Shown: positions 56,565 through 57,828 of the stretch, in pieces | Position numbering within the stretch: the stretch's first letter is position 1 | Layout: each line of letters opens with the position of its first letter | Source: an uncultured Bacilli bacterium | GTDB taxonomy: Bacteria; Bacillota_I; Bacilli_A; RF39; UBA660 | Direction: 5' to 3' | Length of the DNA stretch: 57,828 nucleotides | Assembly (NCBI GenBank): GCA_948629335.1 | Contig: CAPHZB010000002.1 | Span: 1-57,828, forward strand | The notes under the pieces: generated by a model | Databases searched by the model: none | Seen by the model: the letters and a program-made list of their open reading frames with translations, nothing else | What the model was told of the DNA's origin: nothing | Made by a program: the position numbers and the translations under genes

Positions 56565-57828
56565 CTATCTGTAACTTTTATTTACGTGTGATTCTTCTGA
56601 TAAAGAATTCCATGTTGGATTACTTAAGGACTTAATATACATTTTTACTTCATTAGATAGATATGGATAAACACCCTTTTCTTCTGTCATATTCATTAGG
56701 TAATCATCATTAAGTACATTTGTTAATTCTAGACTATCTAAGTTTTTAGGATGGTATTGCACTAAAAAATCAGAAAATGGAATAAATCCTATAAAAGAAT
56801 TTTCTATCTCATTCGTTTGTAAGAGGACATCTCCCTTTTTATCTTTGATGAGGTATGCAATCTCTCCATCTGAACTTAATTCAATTGCAATTTTTAAATC
56901 AGGAAGAAAAACATCTCCTAATAAGTTCCCATTCCAATACACGGGAATAGATTTAAAATCAGAAAGATTTCCTCGCATATATTCTAGTGCAACCTTTTCC
57001 CAATACTTGCTAGATCCAAACGTATCATAATTTTCAATACTAGTTAATTTCATAAAGAATTGCACACGTCCCTTTGACTCCATAGTTGCATAGCGATAAT
57101 ATGTGTCAATTGGATAACTGAAATAAATACGCTCCCCCTCTTCATTTACTGTTTCTAATATAGCCTGGTTGTTCTTTTCTAGTTTCGTAGGTATACTAAT
57201 CATTGGAATTACAGTATTTTCTTGATAAAAAATTCCTATCACATCTTCAAATGGATTTGTTTTATTGATGATATCCTCTTTGGTAATGCACTTTATATCT
57301 GGATTCTTTTCTCTTAATAACGCATTGTACTTTTCTAAGTAGTGATACAAAATGGATGGGTCATTATTTAAAAGATTGGTGGTATAGTATAACAATTTTA
57401 CGTATTGCGTAAAAGGCTCATAATCAGATGTGTATGTTTGAGATGCTTCTATCTTACAAATTTCAAAAAGTTCATCTAATAAATCATCTACTTGATCTAA
57501 ACAAATATAATCTGAATTTTCTTCTTCTATACCCATGGTATCAAGGGCTGTTATAATATAGTTAATGTCTACAGTAGGATATTTTTCTTGTAATTGTTTA
57601 GTAAGATACCAAATTCCCATTTGATTATAATCATAATAATCAAATGGAACATAGTTTCTAAAATATTCTAATATGGCACCATACTTATCATAGGATGAAG
57701 GCTCTGCAATGCACGATGCAGTTACGTTAGTCATGGCTTCATCGAGCATAAATCCATTATTACTTATGTTTCTATATAGGCGTCTTCCAAAAATAAAAGT
57801 TACAATTTGACAAAAATAAAACAACTTC
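56565..57828 (-). CDS. Hypothetical protein, probably continuing beyond the right edge
   Basis: The frame is open to the window end and no convincing RBS precedes the internal Met codons. No motif is recognised. Confidence 0.5.
   Translation of the reverse strand, partial: KLFYFCQIVTFIFGRRLYRNISNNGFMLDEAMTNVTASCIAEPSSYDKYGAILEYFRNYVPFDYYDYNQMGIWYLTKQLQEKYPTVDINYIITALDTMGIEEENSDYICLDQVDDLLDELFEICKIEASQTYTSDYEPFTQYVKLLYYTTNLLNNDPSILYHYLEKYNALLREKNPDIKCITKEDIINKTNPFEDVIGIFYQENTVIPMISIPTKLEKNNQAILETVNEEGERIYFSYPIDTYYRYATMESKGRVQFFMKLTSIENYDTFGSSKYWEKVALEYMRGNLSDFKSIPVYWNGNLLGDVFLPDLKIAIELSSDGEIAYLIKDKKGDVLLQTNEIENSFIGFIPFSDFLVQYHPKNLDSLELTNVLNDDYLMNMTEEKGVYPYLSNEVKMYIKSLSNPTWNSLSEESHVNKSYR

Overview
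AT-rich chromosome segment (about 30% G+C, estimated by eye) from an endospore-forming Firmicute; gpr, spoIIM and ylbJ/ylbL-like genes are present. All calls come from reading the sequence and the ORF track, with no database searches. Most of the window is core genome. It holds a heterodimeric ABC exporter pair, a QNG1/DUF2419 queuosine-salvage homolog, tRNA-Gln(CUG) followed by a T-box leader and gltX, and dnaG-sigA-trmK. It also holds type IV pilus or competence-pseudopilus genes split into two blocks (platform protein plus prepilin peptidase at 20.6-23.3 kb; ATPase plus two prepilin-type proteins at 31.9-35.4 kb). Further core genes are rarA, holA, rpsT, gpr, spoIIM, NfeD/SPFH, mnmA, a MoxR-like ATPase with a 918-aa transglutaminase-fold membrane protein, and zupT. 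A minus-strand block of uncharacterised genes lies at the right end. The left 4.3 kb looks like a decayed mobile-element remnant next to tRNA-Leu(GAG). It contains an antirepressor-like 3' end, a ClpX paralog lacking the zinc-finger N-domain, a family-4/5-like uracil-DNA glycosylase split by a 252-bp TA-flanked MITE, and a RhuM-like fragment. The most unusual locus is at 28.1-28.7 kb: an ORF-free, GC-enriched unit of about 615 nt bounded by a consensus promoter and a terminator. It sits directly upstream of a small DUF21-like membrane protein, which matches the OLE RNA/OapA arrangement or a new large structured RNA. Other observations are two more MITE-like or palindromic elements, a candidate sRNA convergent with a 29-codon ORF, a mutually exclusive hairpin attenuator ahead of the ABC exporter, a catalytically dead P-type ATPase homolog, and repeated Cys-His-Asp (transglutaminase-fold) proteins. 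No CRISPR array, rRNA or intact transposase was seen.
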